DNA of 63,335 nucleotides, counting the filler, from Collodictyon triciliatum (Eukaryota): the NCBI GenBank assembly GCA_043381765.1. It is 5 parts of 5 records of this genome, joined end to end, with 100 filler letters (N's around TTAATTAATTAA, not from the genome) between each part and the next. Parts side by side here need not be neighbours in the genome. Positions count along the whole stretch, not along the records: positions 25,129 to 40,699 come from JBHJMP010001658.1; positions 40,800 to 56,369 come from JBHJMP010001659.1; positions 56,470 to 63,335 come from JBHJMP010001693.1; 2 more parts are not named here. One strand, given 5' to 3'. Under the pieces are notes generated by a model. That model did not search any database and was not told the DNA's origin. It saw only the letters and a program-made list of their open reading frames with translations. Shown one piece after another: positions 34,928 through 58,356 of this stretch. The position numbers and the translations under genes were made by a program. Numbering within the stretch: position 1 is the first letter of the stretch; every line of letters starts with the position of its first letter.

Positions 34928-37900
34928 CTTTTCCATAAACAGCGATTCCAGGCTCGGAGTTGTGCAAGGTGGATGAAACAGCCTCGAAAGCCTTCAATGC
35001 AGTGACTTGTCCTTGTTTTGGCTGAGAGAATTAAAGCACACGACGATGAATATATTTTTAACTCATTGTAATGTGTCTTTTCAAATTCTTGCTTTTAATT
35101 TTCATACATCCAACCATACGCGGTACCTTATTAGTATCCTGGAAGCCTTGATATATCCGACTCATGCTATTTGGGCTAAGGCTCAAAGGATGCAAAATCT
35201 CCATTTCTTCGCCTCTATGTTGTCGGGATTAAAACGTTTTGTAAGTATCAACATAATTTTAAAAATGAAATAAATTCAATATCAAACTTTTCACAAGCGT
35301 TAAGATTCAAGTATTTTTTGGTCGACACCCAGCGTAATCATAAATACTCTGTGGAGAGGGAATTCTCAAGATATTTTTATGGATTTTTTTGAGCCGTAAG
35401 ATATTTTTAAAATATGTTTTGTAAGAATCAGGACGTCAAATAACGTGAGTTCAAAAAGAAGTAAAAGAGAAACATGGCGAAGGGTGACATAAAAGTTGGA
35501 TTTTGCTTAGTAGCATTGAGACCTTGGATGTATAAATGATTGTCCAGCGAATGAGGTTCCGTTGGGTTCACTTGGTGCTAATCGGTCACCTTTGGTAACA
35601 ATCACAGTGTCGTTGGGCTCGGGAATTTTGACATAAGAAGTTGTTGGAAGATTTGTGGCAGACATAAAGGATGCATATATGTGTTCCTGCTTTGAAGGTC
35701 TTGATTGTGAATTCGAACTTGAATTCGAGCGTGGTAGTGAATGAGAAGTTGACTTTGATTTTGAGGGTATTTGTGAGTAACTTTGGGAGTTGTGCCTGGA
35801 AATCACAGGTTCCAATTCACCAGATGAAAGCAAAGATACGCGACTAGCCTAATTATATATTCTCTTTGTTACTGTTTGCAGTTATCTCTCTCCAATACTT
35901 ACTGTGAACAGAGCATATTTTAATAATATTCATGAAATTGATACATCGTTATTTATTCCTTTACTATTTGTATAAAAATAATGGAAAATAGAGCAAATGT
36001 GGATCTATAAAGTACTGGTGTAGGACCGAACCTTAAAATTGCTATCCTCTGCGAAGGTTCTGTATTGGTTCTGCATTTTACTCCCAGAAAGAGCAGAATA
36101 CTGCATAAGAGTTGTGTCGGCTGGGAATTCTAACAAAGTAGCATCGACTGTGTGGGATATGTTCAGTTGTGACGAGCGAGGTGATTCTCCTTTGGCAATT
36201 AATTAGAAAACAGAATTTAAAACTTGCTCGGTGGGGTTCAGTTTTATAGACGTGCGGCTTCAAGAGGTCATACATAAAAGAAATTCACCCCCATAGAATT
36301 ATGCAACCAAACCAAAACAAAACAATTGTTACCATGTTTGCTCGCCGCTCTTGGTGGGGAGAATTTGAGATTTGCTGATGGAGCTATTCTTTCTTTGATG
36401 ATTTGTTCCATTTGAGTGAGAAAGCAAGTTAAGACAAATTGCCTTAGAGTATTAATTTTGAGAAAACTTTTCTTTTGGATTACCATACAGCAATTTGATA
36501 TAAATGCCATGAAAAGAACAAGACGTTGTGTATTTATAAGGATATTCAAGTTTGGACAAAGCACTCTCTCCGCTATTTTTCAAACTTTGGGGATGGCTTT
36601 GGACAGATGAGGAAGAACTTGATGCAGGTCTCACAGGAAAACGATTTATTCTGGTTAAAAATTACAGAAAATGAATAACAATTATTCCCTCCACATTACC
36701 ACTCGATATTTATAGCAACCAATCCAATAATACATAGGTATTGAAATACCTATGTAGACGTTCCTCTAATGTAGGACTTAAATCTATACAGGAGTAAATT
36801 TTTCAGAGATAGTCGCCATAAGAGACTATGATAATATCAAAAAAAATAAAATAAAAGAAGATAACAACACACAAAATCTGAGTATACCGATTCAAAACAA
36901 CAGCAAGTCCAACATATCTCCTTTCTTTAGAATTTGAAAATATAACCCGTTTGTCAAAACTATTAACCTACCGGAAAATGGTTTCAGGTGTTCAAGCTGC
37001 ATGGTATCATCAACTTTTTTGTGATTTTCGGACGAGTTTCTAAACCCAGCATATGGAGGCGTCTGTTCGGAAAATTTCATGGGAAATCGAAAAAAAAAAG
37101 AGAAACGTACAAATTAATGACATTCTCTTTTAAAAATCCTTCTATTCTCAAAAAAATCATTTTACATGTAACTGCCATTTTATTTACTTTAATTTACCAC
37201 GATATTGAATTATTCTTGTTATATGAAATTTTTTGATATCACACTATATGGTTTTATTCGTTCCTTTTGTAATACATAGTAATAACCAGAGTCGAACCTG
37301 TCGAGTTTGCGCTTGGAGCTGACGCAGTTCATTTCTTATTGTGTCTGATATTTTGTTTAATAGCTCTGAGCTGTCGATAGACTCTTTTCCAACAGGTCGA
37401 TGAGAGGAATTCAGTGCTGGTGAATGAATAGTCCGACTAGGAACAGGAGTTGAATACCTATCACCACGCTCTGTTGAATAGCAAGGAGCATGATGATATT
37501 TTATTGATAAGTATATATTTCGATCTTTGCTTTACAGATAATAATGATAGATAATTATGAATAAAGAATAAAGAATAAAGAATAAAGAATAAAGAATAAA
37601 GAATAAAGAATAAAGAATAAAGAATAAAGAATAAAGAATAAAGAATAAAGAATAAAGAATAAAGAATAAAGAATAAAGAATAAAGAATAAAGAATAAAGA
37701 ATAAAGAATAAAAATGATAATCGAAAGCAAATATGCATAAATGGAGCCCATTTTTTTGCAGTGCTGTATTGTATAATAGAAGTAGGCTTTCATTTCATCC
37801 AGGATATCGCTAATATTTCAATTACATTTACCTGGTGCAAACTGGGACGATCGATTCACAGAAACGTTTGATGGGTGCTGAATTGGATTCATGCTAGCTG

Positions 37901-40507
37901 TATTCTCTTGGAGTCGATGATACGCATGGTCTAGTTCCTGAATCAAGATATGAATAAACATTGTGTCATTAATAGGTTTTTTTAATAAGTCATGCAGGAA
38001 ATTGACTGGAAAAACACACCAAATAACCGATCGCTAAGTCGCGAATAACCCGGTCTCGATTATCATCGCTCTTCTCTCGAACACACGAGCCATCTATTTC
38101 TTCCTTCCTTTCTTTAGATTTCTTTTCGAGAGCTAGGGCGATATTTCCGTTGGACATGCGTGGCTCATGAACTTGATGATTCTGGCGTGATGCATCCTTT
38201 GCATGAATAAAAAAATTATAATTTTATTTTAAAGATTTGATATAAATTACAAAGGCTACTTCATAACATAGTGAAAACAAACCATGAAAAACCATACAGT
38301 TCAGAAATTGATTCTGAAAATTGATTATTTTATTTGTTATTTAAATCCTTCGAATCGAATGAAGGATTTTTTTAATATATACCTTAGTCTGTACGGATGT
38401 TTCTTTCTTTGCTGGAGGAGATTTTGGGATTTTTGGGGAGACTGTTTTTGGGCGCTGAGTCTGTGCTGAAATGGAGCGAAGTTGGGGTTTCAATGTCTGA
38501 ACAGACGAAGATTTTGCCCGTTTTTCTCGTGGATTCGGCGATTCGTTTTCGTTTGATGTGTTCATCATCTCTGATGAGCGTTTATTAGAAGTGTCCTGAA
38601 GCTAATTTAGATTGATGTGGTATGAATGTTTGTGTCCGTTTAAAAAAAAAAACATCGAAATCTAACTATCTAGACACATTTTTCAGGACACCAAAACATT
38701 GTAGTGACAGGAAAAGACTAACCGATTTCCTAGCTTTCTTATTCTCTAGACATGGAGTTGCATGTTCGATGTATCTATTTTCTTGCGTTTTTACTCTCAA
38801 ATTCGTCTCTTCAACTGTAGCAAGTGTATCTGAATATATGTAATCATTTTCGTTTGACAAAGCCAGGCCAATATCAAAACTTTTTCCCAGGTCAGCTATG
38901 GCCGGGTCAATATTTCGTGGAGGTTTCAATAGCAGGGTCTTATCTACAATCTGGATGACGAGAAAGGTAAGTTTGCGTGCTAAAAGTACGAGCGCGTATG
39001 AACTACAGAGGCTATTCATTTAAATTATAACACCAAGTACACTGAAGAACATCGTTTCTAATAAAAAAAAATGGCACATCGCATAGATCACATACGTTAC
39101 ATATTGCCAAAAATAAAATGATGAATGGAAAATAATTTTAACTATATTAATGCCCTGAATAATCATAATTCTTACAGCCATGGTATATTGAAAATTCTGG
39201 ACAAGTTTGGCCTTGCTCTCCATCCGAATCTTCAATTCAATCATTTCGATTACATCTTTGAGACGCCTGACCTGTACTTGAGCTTTTCCTCGATATTCGT
39301 GTAAAATGGATTGCCTCTTCTCTTCCAATAAGTTCAGCCGATCTACCTTATATTGGTTGGCTCTGATGCAAATTACAAGATTCCACTCAGTATTTCGAAT
39401 CAAATAAATGACCATTTCTCTCCTCCTTTTTTTTTTTACCAGTGCACATTCATGAGTTCGTATAATTCACATAGTTTAAAAGCATTATCATAAGTCCCTA
39501 TATACCCCGTATTGATTGACGCAGATGCCGGTTCATTAAATAAAATAATATCGTAGTGCATTTGACGGCTGCGCTTGAGCTGTTCCATTAAATAATTTGC
39601 TTGCTTCACACAGATTTCGTGTTGGTCGTGGATTAAACGTAGTCGATCCAACGCCCTTCATGCGAAGAGGCAGAGTTTTAGTAAATCACTGGTTCAAAGA
39701 TTATATCTGCTTCATCAACTATGACACAATGGTTCTTATTCACTATCAGAGACTCATCGCTTAATAATCGTGTGATTAAAGAATGCTCTACGAATTATTA
39801 TTTTTACAATTTCCAAGTAATCCTGCAATCTTGTTAGACAATCAATTCATCATTACTTTTTAAAAAAAGCCATACATGGATAAATCATGTCTACGTCGTT
39901 CGTAGAGATTGGTAATACTGTCATAGAGAGGTGAGCCTTCTTCTTGCATTATAGTTTCCATGGTATGGAGGGCTTTTTCTTGTTTCATTCGACGGACTTT
40001 AGCCTATGCATGAAGGAAAACAATAGAATAAAGAAAAGAAGAAAGGAGGTATATTCATATAATTAAATAATATTGGGGTATAAATCATTTGGCAATATTG
40101 ATATTGGTTCGGTTATATCACTAGAAATTCCAAGGCGCTTTATATGTTTAAATTTACTGAAAATTTGATAAATGATGAAATATCCAGAAATAAAATATAG
40201 GTTCACATCATGTTCTTGAACGAAAAAATAGTTGTAATCATGTGAAAGTAGGCTTTTTCACGTTGGACAATTTGAACGTTGGTGTTTTTTTAAAATAAAA
40301 TAAAATAAAATAGCTAGTGCGAAATGATGAGAGGCATAATTGACATAGTTTTGTTGTTCATTAGGAACAGAATGCTGCAGCATTAACAGGACTTACAGCC
40401 TCCTTTTTCGTCTCGGGATTTTCTTCCCATGCGCATTTTCCGTGTTTTTTAGAATGTGCGTAACCAGAAGGATGCTGACTTATTATTGGCGTTCGTGTTT
40501 TTGAACT
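34928..40507 (-). CDS. Unknown multi-exon protein: helical/coiled-coil N-half and Ser/Pro/Lys-rich disordered C-half; ends uncertain
   Basis: Chain of GT-AG-bounded open exons, e.g. AKVRRMKQEKALHTMETIMQEEG, LDRLRLIHDQHEICVKQANYLMEQL, KVDRLNLLEEKRQSILHEYRGKAQ, QRPKTVSPKIPKSPP, SHSLPRSNSSSNSQS. No family recognised. Confidence 0.6.
37558..37712. repeat. (AAGAATA)n intronic microsatellite
   Basis: Tandem 7-mer read directly. Confidence 0.95.
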
Positions 40508-40699
40508 CTAGCACCATGGAAGAGGTTGTTAACTTACAATTGAATTGAATAAGGAATAGAAGGAAAAACAAGTAAAGTCATACTTGAAGTGTCCGTTTTT
40601 TTTTTTTTTTTTTTTTGCCTCTGCTGGGGGGGGGGGCATTTAAAAGAAAAAAACAAAAAAAAAAAGCAAAAGAAAAAAAAAAAAAAAAAAAAAAAAAAA

Positions 40700-40799
40700 N
40701 NNNNNNNNNNNNNNNNNNNNNNNNNNNNNNNNNNNNNNNNNNNTTAATTAATTAANNNNNNNNNNNNNNNNNNNNNNNNNNNNNNNNNNNNNNNNNNNN
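40700..40799. other. Artificial contig spacer (N44-TTAATTAATTAA-N44)
   Basis: Same linker. Confidence 0.97.
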
Positions 40800-41448
40800 T
40801 TTTAGCCTTTTGTTTTACTTCCTCATTGTCTTTTTTTTTTTTCTCTTTCTTTCGATCGCTTTTTTCTCCTTTTTTTGAAAGGGTTTCTTTTATTCATCAT
40901 TGCATCCATCGTATATGTGTGTTTGTGATGATTATGATTGATTGCTGGTTTTTTTTTGATTCGATTTGAAAAATAGCAGAATAGCGATATTTAGCGGAGT
41001 TGACCTTTCGCAACGGTATTCCAGAATTGTATATTTCCACATTAGAGATGGTTCAATGAAAAAGTGATGTCAGTTTTTGGCGTCATTCCGCAACAAACAA
41101 ACCCACTCCAAAAGACTCTGTTGAGTGGTGTTGTTGATAAAGCGTGTGGTTATCGATTGCGTGTCTTTTTTCTTCGTTTTCCTTCTGAGTTGCAACTCTG
41201 CGTGCGCCTGTTGGTAAGGTCGAGCCTGGTTGTCAAGTAAGAGGAGTTGTGGAGTTCAATATTTGTTGGGTGTCTTTTTTTTTTTTTTCTGTGGCTGCTC
41301 ATTTGTTTCAACTTGAGTGATATTATTATTATTATCACTGCTATTTTGTCTGCGTTTGCAAAGTTGCATTCTCACAAAATCGCGCAGTTCACGAATCTGA
41401 CAGTCTCTCTTTTTTTTTTTTCTTTATTTTTTGTTCAAGGGTGTGAGG

Positions 41449-45631
<4,183 letters not shown>

Positions 45632-46171
45632 CCAGCAAGGCGAGTCGAACATTCCGCGAAGTCATATCCATCATAGAAAGTGCATCTGAATAAAATATAG
45701 ATTTCCAACTCAGAAGCAACAACGGAGTCCTGTGAACTTTTCCGTGCCTATTGTGGACACAGACAGTGACAACGTTTTGCATAGAAAAATTCCGATTGCG
45801 GGGCTGGCATGCCAATCTGGTTCGTGTTGGAGATGAGTTTCCTTCGATTATGGGTGTGCAGATGTTGACATCTCGGTTGCGATTTGCGGCAGTGATATCC
45901 GAGATTTGGCAATTCCAATTCCGCTGCAGATTTTTCATGCTGTTGCAGATTCGTCGTGGGCGAACAACAACCAGCGATGGTGTGTGCAAAAAGACTCTGC
46001 CGTGAGTGGGCAAAGGTTGGTGAGAAGAAGCCGGCAGAGGCAAAAGAGTTGGTTGTGTGGTTCGGGTTTTTAAGGGTCGACCGAAGTGAGAAAAGGCGGG
46101 CAGCAAAGAATCCTCACTTGGGTTTGTGTCTTTGTTGTCTTGCGAGTTTGTAGGGAGAAGTCAGTCAGTCG

Positions 46172-49100
46172 ATGGTCGGCGTCGCTCCGATAGGAGGTTT
46201 GTTTTCGTTTTTCTTATGCCATCCTTTTCTTACAAATAAAAAAAAAAGGTTGTCACTTTTTATGATTTTCTTTTTGTATTTTCTTTTATCATATTCAAAA
46301 AATTTTTAACTTTATTTTATTAACATTAATCATGTATTTGTGAACATTCCTGAAGAGCAAGCACTTCCACCTTTTGTGAGGCCGAGCGTTTCCGTTGCAA
46401 AGAAAGACGATATCGATGCAGGTTTAGCAACTATACTCGTTTTAGCCATCTCTTTTCTTTTCTTTTCGTTTCTTGCAACTGTTGTTGCGATAGTATGTGC
46501 ATTATCTGGTCTGGATTATAAAAGCATATTGACAAGAAAGCATTCTAGGCATGTTTTTCGTAAATCAAATGGTACTATATGTATAAGGCGTGTCATAAAT
46601 TCATGCTTTTGTGTAAATTATTTGTCTCATCGTCACAAGGTTCGCAATCAAATCAACCCGAAAGTCCATCTTCAATCCTATCTATTCCCGCAACACATCG
46701 TTTTCTCTTTTATTTCGTTGATGAAGAGATAGAAAAAGAGTATATAAAGTTCGTGTCTTTATATGAACCTTACATATTCAAGTGCAAATATATTTAACAT
46801 CAAAATGTTCATGTAAGGAGTCCCTTCGGATAAAATGATGTACACTTTGTGATACGCTTTGGTTCCAAGCTTGAATACTCAAATGAATCCACAAACAGAC
46901 ATCTAACGGAAAAAGTGAGGCTTTCATTTGGCAGATTGAACGTGGTCTTTGGAATTTTTCTTATCATGTGCGTTTCTCACATAGCATTATTCAACGACTT
47001 TGACACGATGATATTGATTATGGTGAGATATCTTTCTGTATTTATATCCAAAAAATGCCCTAATATATCAGAAGCCTGTATCTTAGCAACAATCATTTTT
47101 GGCAGATTGCAACATTTTCTGTCTTTGGGGTTGTTCCTTGTGGACTTTTTTATCGCACATGTCGCTCAGACTTTTATCAGTTATTTTTTCAAAGGATGTT
47201 TTTTTACGACATGATAATTTTCCCATACTTATTAGTCACTTACGGGATTTTGTGCGAGTAAGACGATTTATTACTTAGTGCACATATATCCGAGTTAGAT
47301 AAAAAAAATATGTCGCTTGTATAGTTTGAATACATTTCATTAATTCAGAAGTTTTTTTTTATTATGTACGTAGTCAAGTTCTCTCTTCGATGGTCATCGC
47401 CTCACAAGCAATAATATTGCTGTGCATTCCAATCTATGTATCACCTCCTTTTCGATGGGCTCTGTTTATCTCCATAGTCACATTTATCTACTTTTCAATC
47501 GCGACTGTCATCTCAAGTTTTGATGGGAACATTAAGGTTTTTTTTTTTTTTGAAAAATACATAACATGTAAAATACTGGCCCAAATTGTAAAGTATTCTA
47601 CAAAAGACTACCTAAACCAAGACTTTACCTTATTCCAAAAAAAAAATTAACTCCATAGGAAGGTGTTTACAATATCGTTCTAATGTTTGCTATTTCTGGT
47701 ATTGTGCTATTCTCGAACTACATAACCGATTTAACCAATCGAAAGGACTTTAATCACTCTAGGAATATGAAAAGGTTAAGTGATAGAATGGTGAAAAAAA
47801 TGACCCACACGAACAAAATCCTTTATTTATTTTACTCAACTAGCTGACTCCCTCTATCAATTTCCCCTATATATTAAATACATAGGAAAAATGACAAACT
47901 TACATCCCAGCTTCGAATAGCTCGCCGAGCCTCCAGGAAAAGAATCTCTGAAGATGTTGACCTTGACTCACGCTTAGAAAAGATAATAAAGTTTCTAAAA
48001 CAATTTAATGAGGATAATGGTATATTTTAGTAGAAAAGTCATTTCTTTGAATAGATTCAATAATAATACCAGCATAGGTATATATTTATTTAAAAGGATG
48101 TCATGCAGAGCTATATTTATCACATAGGCCATGACGTTGATATTGTCCACCAAGCAGATTCAATACTGAATTTAATACTGAGCGGACCTAACATTCTCAT
48201 GCCTAATCTAACAAATGAACTTGGAAGCAAACATAAGAGTGGGGTTTTTATTCTTCTCAATATAAGTTCAAAAGAAACATGAAGAAATATCTGAATTTTT
48301 CCTCTCTTTCATTTGATGAGTCTTTGATTATTTTTTTCAATTTAGATGTTGACCAAGAGGTTGCAAAGTATCTCTTTTATGAGGTTGGGTCCAGAGAGAA
48401 CAATGAAATTGTAAAAATCGAGGAAGTTCGTTCAAGTCCTGATGCAGTTATCAGGAGACGGTTTTTCTTTACTCTTTATTTAATTTTTTCTACATCATAT
48501 TCTTCTTATCCTTTATTATTTGAATAATTTTTTCTGCATTGCCTTCTGAGATATGTAATTGGTGAAAAATAGTTTAAGTATGTTTTTTTTTAAAAAAAAA
48601 AGAGTAACCTTTGTCGACGATTCATCTCCTCGTGCCTCGCGCTTAAGTCTTGTTATGTAAGATATTTATGTCATTCCAAGAGTAAAATATTCATGTTTAC
48701 AACTTAGCATGGTTCTGTTATTTCATTATTAAGGAATATGGAATCTATATCAAAGTTCTGGGATGAAAGCGATAAATGGAACCTTGATATGTTTCAACTC
48801 TACAAGATGACCTCAGGTGATATATATTACCAATAATTTTCACCATTCAATCAAAATTCACAAGTTTTGAGCATTGCAGAGTATTTCTCGGGGTATGAAA
48901 TCTGAAAATAATTGTTGTATTTAACAGGAAGACCAATATATGCTGTCGGAATTTTTCTATTCAACAAATTAAGGTTTATTAATCAGTAAGTAATGAGCCA
49001 AAATCTTTCAGAGTAAGGTATTTGTATTTTTTTTTTATTATTATTATTATTGACCCTAGATTCAACATCGAAGAGGAAACTCTCGCATCCTTCCTTGGAG

Positions 49101-50512
49101 AAGTTGAAAACAGGTCGAGAATAATCTCCCTTTTACTCTGTGAAGATATATAAGAAAATGCAATTCAAGCTTTGACCATAAAATGAGTGTGGATTGACAA
49201 CCAAATTCGTAGTTATCTTCGGGAAAATTACTTTCATAATAACATACACGCCGCGGATGTCACATTCAACATTTTTCACTTAATTTCCTCATCCACCATA
49301 GGAAGGTTGCCTAATTATAGAATTTTTTTTAAAAAAATGTTGCTTTACTTTCTGGCTTATACCAAGAAAATTTATTCTCAACACTTTCATATCAATAGCT
49401 ATATAACTCCATTGGAAAGTCTTGCGTGCTTGTTTGCTGCTTTGATTCACGACGTGAAACATCCAGGTCAATTTCCTCTTTTTTATCGTTAATATCTTAA
49501 CTTGATTCCTTTCGTGCGTGGGTTATACTTGTAGTGACAGGATTGTTTAATTGTGTCAAAGTTTATCAGTCATTTGATAATTTTGAAATAAATTATATAT
49601 TCTGCAAGTACACATTATATCATACGATGCAGGTCTCAATAATGCATTTCAGATTAACACTCTATCAGATTTGGCCATCATTTACAATGATCGATCGGTA
49701 TGTTCATATATATGTTTTTCATTTGTAAAAAAAAAAAAAAAGCGTGTTTACATATACCATGCTTTCATATTTGTTCATGACCGAATTAATCACAAAGGTG
49801 TTGGAGAATCATCACATATCAACTGCATTTCAGATGATTAGAAACCCTGAACTGAATATATTCAAGAATCTCACCAAAAATCAGTTTGTAGTGTTTTTCC
49901 TTTACATAATTTATGTAGAATTAATTATGGGGATATTTTATATAATTTAGCTGATATCATGAACAGAGCCATATTTTAGCTTTAATGATGTTCTGCTATC
50001 AAAAGATACAGGGAGCTTCGAGAGCTTGTGATTGAAATGGTTCTGGCAACAGACATGGCTTTTCACTTTGACCATGTGTCAACGTTTAAGGGGAAATTGG
50101 CATCTGGAGGTTCATACCATAGATAATTTTTGTGTAATGGAATGATTCTTTTGTCTCTTATCAAGTCTCATAGCTTAAACCAGAGGGGAGTTTTTTTTTT
50201 AATTATGATTTCTGCTATCGTCGGTCGATTTTGTGTGACAGGATTCGACTACAGCAGAAAGTCAGATCGATTGATTATTCTTCGCACAGCTCTGAAATGT
50301 GCCGATATTGGTCACACTACTAAAAATATGTACTATCACCACCTAAATTATACACTTCTCTTATTTATATACGGCGATGCTGTAACTGTTGAAAAGAAAC
50401 CAAAAAAAAATACGGCGATGCTGTCATGAAATTAATATAAATGTGTTGCTAATTCGATGTATCAATGTGTGGATGGGTATATATGTTTAGGAAAGGTAAT
50501 AACGTATTTTAT

Positions 50513-50547
<35 letters not shown>

Positions 50548-51469
50548 AGAAAACTCCACTTTGAATGGACGCGTCTCATTAATGAGGAGTTCTTTCGTCA
50601 AGGAGACCTCGAAGCAAAGTTGAATTTACCTTTGTCTCCGTTTATGGGTCGTCGTGTGGACAGAGTCAACAAGAGTCAGGTAATCAATCAATCTATTGAC
50701 GCATTTATGCATGACAGAATTACTGCCGGAAGGATGATTGTTTTGCTTCTCGTCTACCCATTTTGCAGACATTTATAAATCGGCATTAAGCCCCATGCTT
50801 ACATCAAATGTAGATGACCTTTATAAGTTTTGTCGTTCTGCCCCTTTGGGACGGTACTTGTTAAGATTACGCTGTTTAATTCTCGTGTTTATTCTCTTTT
50901 GCCATCAATTTAATCGATTAATATCTAATCAAGCAACCTTGTGCCTATTTTTCACATCAAGCATGGGTAGCCTATGACGCGAGTCAAGAGCGACACGTTT
51001 TTCAGCTGAAGCAAAACTATAACGAATGGGTGGCAAGGTCTAATGCATCCTACCCCTCGCCCTCCAATCTCTGCAGAGACACGCGTTTTTTTTCTTTCCC
51101 GCACGGACGAATACTTTACACATACATCTCTCCAATTTTATCCCAAGCTTATCACGTTGTGTATGTCTACATCGGTGCAAATCCCGCACGACGGCTTCAA
51201 CCGAAGGCAAGATATGCGCATCTATCGTGTCTGTCTCACGCATGCATGCCTTTCCGCTTCTTGCTTAATCCGCCAGAAATGAGAAATCCATCGTGTTCTC
51301 TCCGGCCGGCCGCGCAGAAGACAACTTGGGAGGCGAGTCATCCTCCTCGAAGAGCGTCCGCAGCCCCAGAGCGAGCGTCCAACACGGCCGCGCTTCAGAC
51401 TCCGAATCAGACGACGGCGCAGAGTGCGTCGAGGACGTGGTGGCATCAGACCTGGCTGGCTTCGGCTGA
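46172..51469 (+). CDS. Multi-pass membrane class I cyclic nucleotide phosphodiesterase (N-terminal TM bundle + PDEase_I)
   Basis: FLFYFVDEEIEKEY, then about 5-6 hydrophobic segments at 46.9-47.75 kb. Catalytic motifs FHNNIHAADV, LIHDVKHPG|LNNAF, YNDRS|VLENHH, VLATDMAFH, KCADIGH, EEFFRQGDLE, SQ|MTFISFVVLPLW. Start (46172) and last exon (TGA 51467-51469) inferred. Confidence 0.9.
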
Positions 51470-51670
51470 CAGCCTTGCGGCGGCGGCTGCGTTCGCGTGT
51501 TCCGCCGCGTCTTATTTTGGTATGAATAAAGTGTATGTGTTTGTCTCCTTTGCGACTGCGATTGTGTTTGGGGATCAGGCGCCGCTCGTTGTCTGTTCGG
51601 AGGCGTCTGGAGAGAACGCGGCTCTGATCTCTTTTGTTGTGGACGGGGATAACTTCTTTAACGCGTAGGT

Positions 51671-56180
<4,510 letters not shown>

Positions 56181-56271
56181 GTGGAATTCAGTTCTGCTCC
56201 TCAAAACTTGCTGTTTTATGCCCAGGTTTCTATTCCAACGGCTTTTGGTGTTGTTTGTCCCGAAGACGGAA

Positions 56272-56575
<304 letters not shown>

Positions 56576-56806
56576 CAGGTTCGTAATCTTCGAGCCCACA
56601 GCCTCAAAAAAATTGAGCACGAAGGGGCTCAGTTTGTGCTCGTAAAGAGTGTAATCTCCTCAGCACTGCAGACAAAGAAATGCAAAACCTCCTTAAAGCA
56701 CCCGTTGGTTCTATTTTCTTTGTATCAGCGACTTAAACTGTTTGAGAGTGTTGGTTCAAAACCCAGGCGCACACCCATCCCAGTACGATTGACCCTTCCG
56801 AACAGC

Positions 56807-57870
56807 ATGCAAGAATCACTCATGATTACAGAAAGCAAACGAAAAGAAGATGAACTCTCGGCGCACCAGTCACAGCCGAAACATTCAAACGAAAAAGAAA
56901 GATTCTGGGGTGGGAATTTGTATTCGGGATTCCAAAGCATTCACCGAGATGTCCGTGAAATCGAGAAAGAAGTGAATACTTTTGGAAATAGAGGAAATGG
57001 TCCCAGCGAGTTTCTCTTCATTAGAGGAATAGCCGTACATCCAAACACAGGTAATATCTACATCGCTGAAGAGGACAACAGCAGAGTTCAAGTGTTCGAC
57101 CCAGAGTTCAAATTAGTTACCATCATCGATACTCCTAAAGGTTTGCACAAATAAATAAATGAATAAAATTGAAGATCTATGCATTGTTTTTATAAATAAA
57201 CAGAGCAAACAATTTTACATTATGTGTAATAAGAATTCATACCCGCATTTAAGATTTGCTACGAAACACTTGGTGCGTCACAATAAGCGCAGATGGTTCT
57301 CGCATCGCAATTATTACGATGGACAAAATTATATCTGTATATGATTCAAACCATAAGTTCATTCACACCATTGGCCCTAAGATCTCTAAAGAGCATACAC
57401 TATCTACATCAAGAAATGCAGCTTACGATGCACAAAATATACTATATGTGACAGACGAAGCTGGATACATTTTTGGCATCGATCTTGATGGGCAGGTATG
57501 CTGTGTAATCGGCGCACCGACTTCACCTCGTCCTGTCGTGAAACCATATGGAATCGGGGTGTCCCACAGAAACGAGCTTCTTGTCCTGTCGAAAGGCGCC
57601 AACTGTGTTCAAGTCTACCAAACAGATGGGACATTCAGTCGTTGTATTGACATTAAGCCTTTGCACCCGTCATGGTCGCATATGATATGCCGCGGACCGG
57701 ATGGAGGCTTCGTAGTATCAAATTATGGAAACGACAGCATCGACTTTTATAGTGAAGATGAGGAATACATACACTCGCTGACTGTAAAGAATACTCTGGC
57801 GGTTTGCTTTGGGATGGACGCGCAACTTTATATGGGTTGCTGTGGTAGCCACGTCCTTCGAGTGTTTTGA
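56807..57870 (+). CDS. NHL-repeat beta-propeller protein (resembles the TRIM2/3/71 C-terminal domain); start uncertain
   Basis: FGNRGNGPSEFLFIRGIAVHPNTGNIYIAEEDNSRVQVFD; KPYGIGVSHRNELLVLSKGANCVQVYQTDG; GPDGGFVVSNYGNDSIDFYS. One intron 57141-57253. The frame stays open upstream to about 56636. Confidence 0.82.
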
Positions 57871-58101
57871 TGATATCCTTCCTGGGCTTGTATGAGCACA
57901 AAGGAAAATGAATCGATCCCCTCTGTGCATCGTTTGAAATACACGAAAACAAAAGCAACAAAAGATGCACAGAGCCCCTCACCCTTCTCCTTCCAGCCAA
58001 GAAATAAAGGGAAATAATTGCCTTATAAAAAGACGCCAACTCGTTTTTGTGTATCGGCCCTTGCTTTCGTCAACATCTTAAGTAGGTAGGGGGTTTGAAG
58101 A

Positions 58102-58135
<34 letters not shown>

Positions 58136-58356
58136 AAATAAGGATTGTGGTGATGGTGATGATTATGGTGATGGTGATGGTTCATTCCGTCAAAGTCTGC
58201 GCGGGGCATACGAAGATGAACATTATATAGAATCCCAGGGGCAAGGGAAACACAAGCAGGTTGAAGAAATAATTTATCAAAAAAAAACACAAGAGGAAAA
58301 TAATACAAAACCGAATCATAGTTAATAGATCCAACCAGAGCAGACAGACGCAGCGG

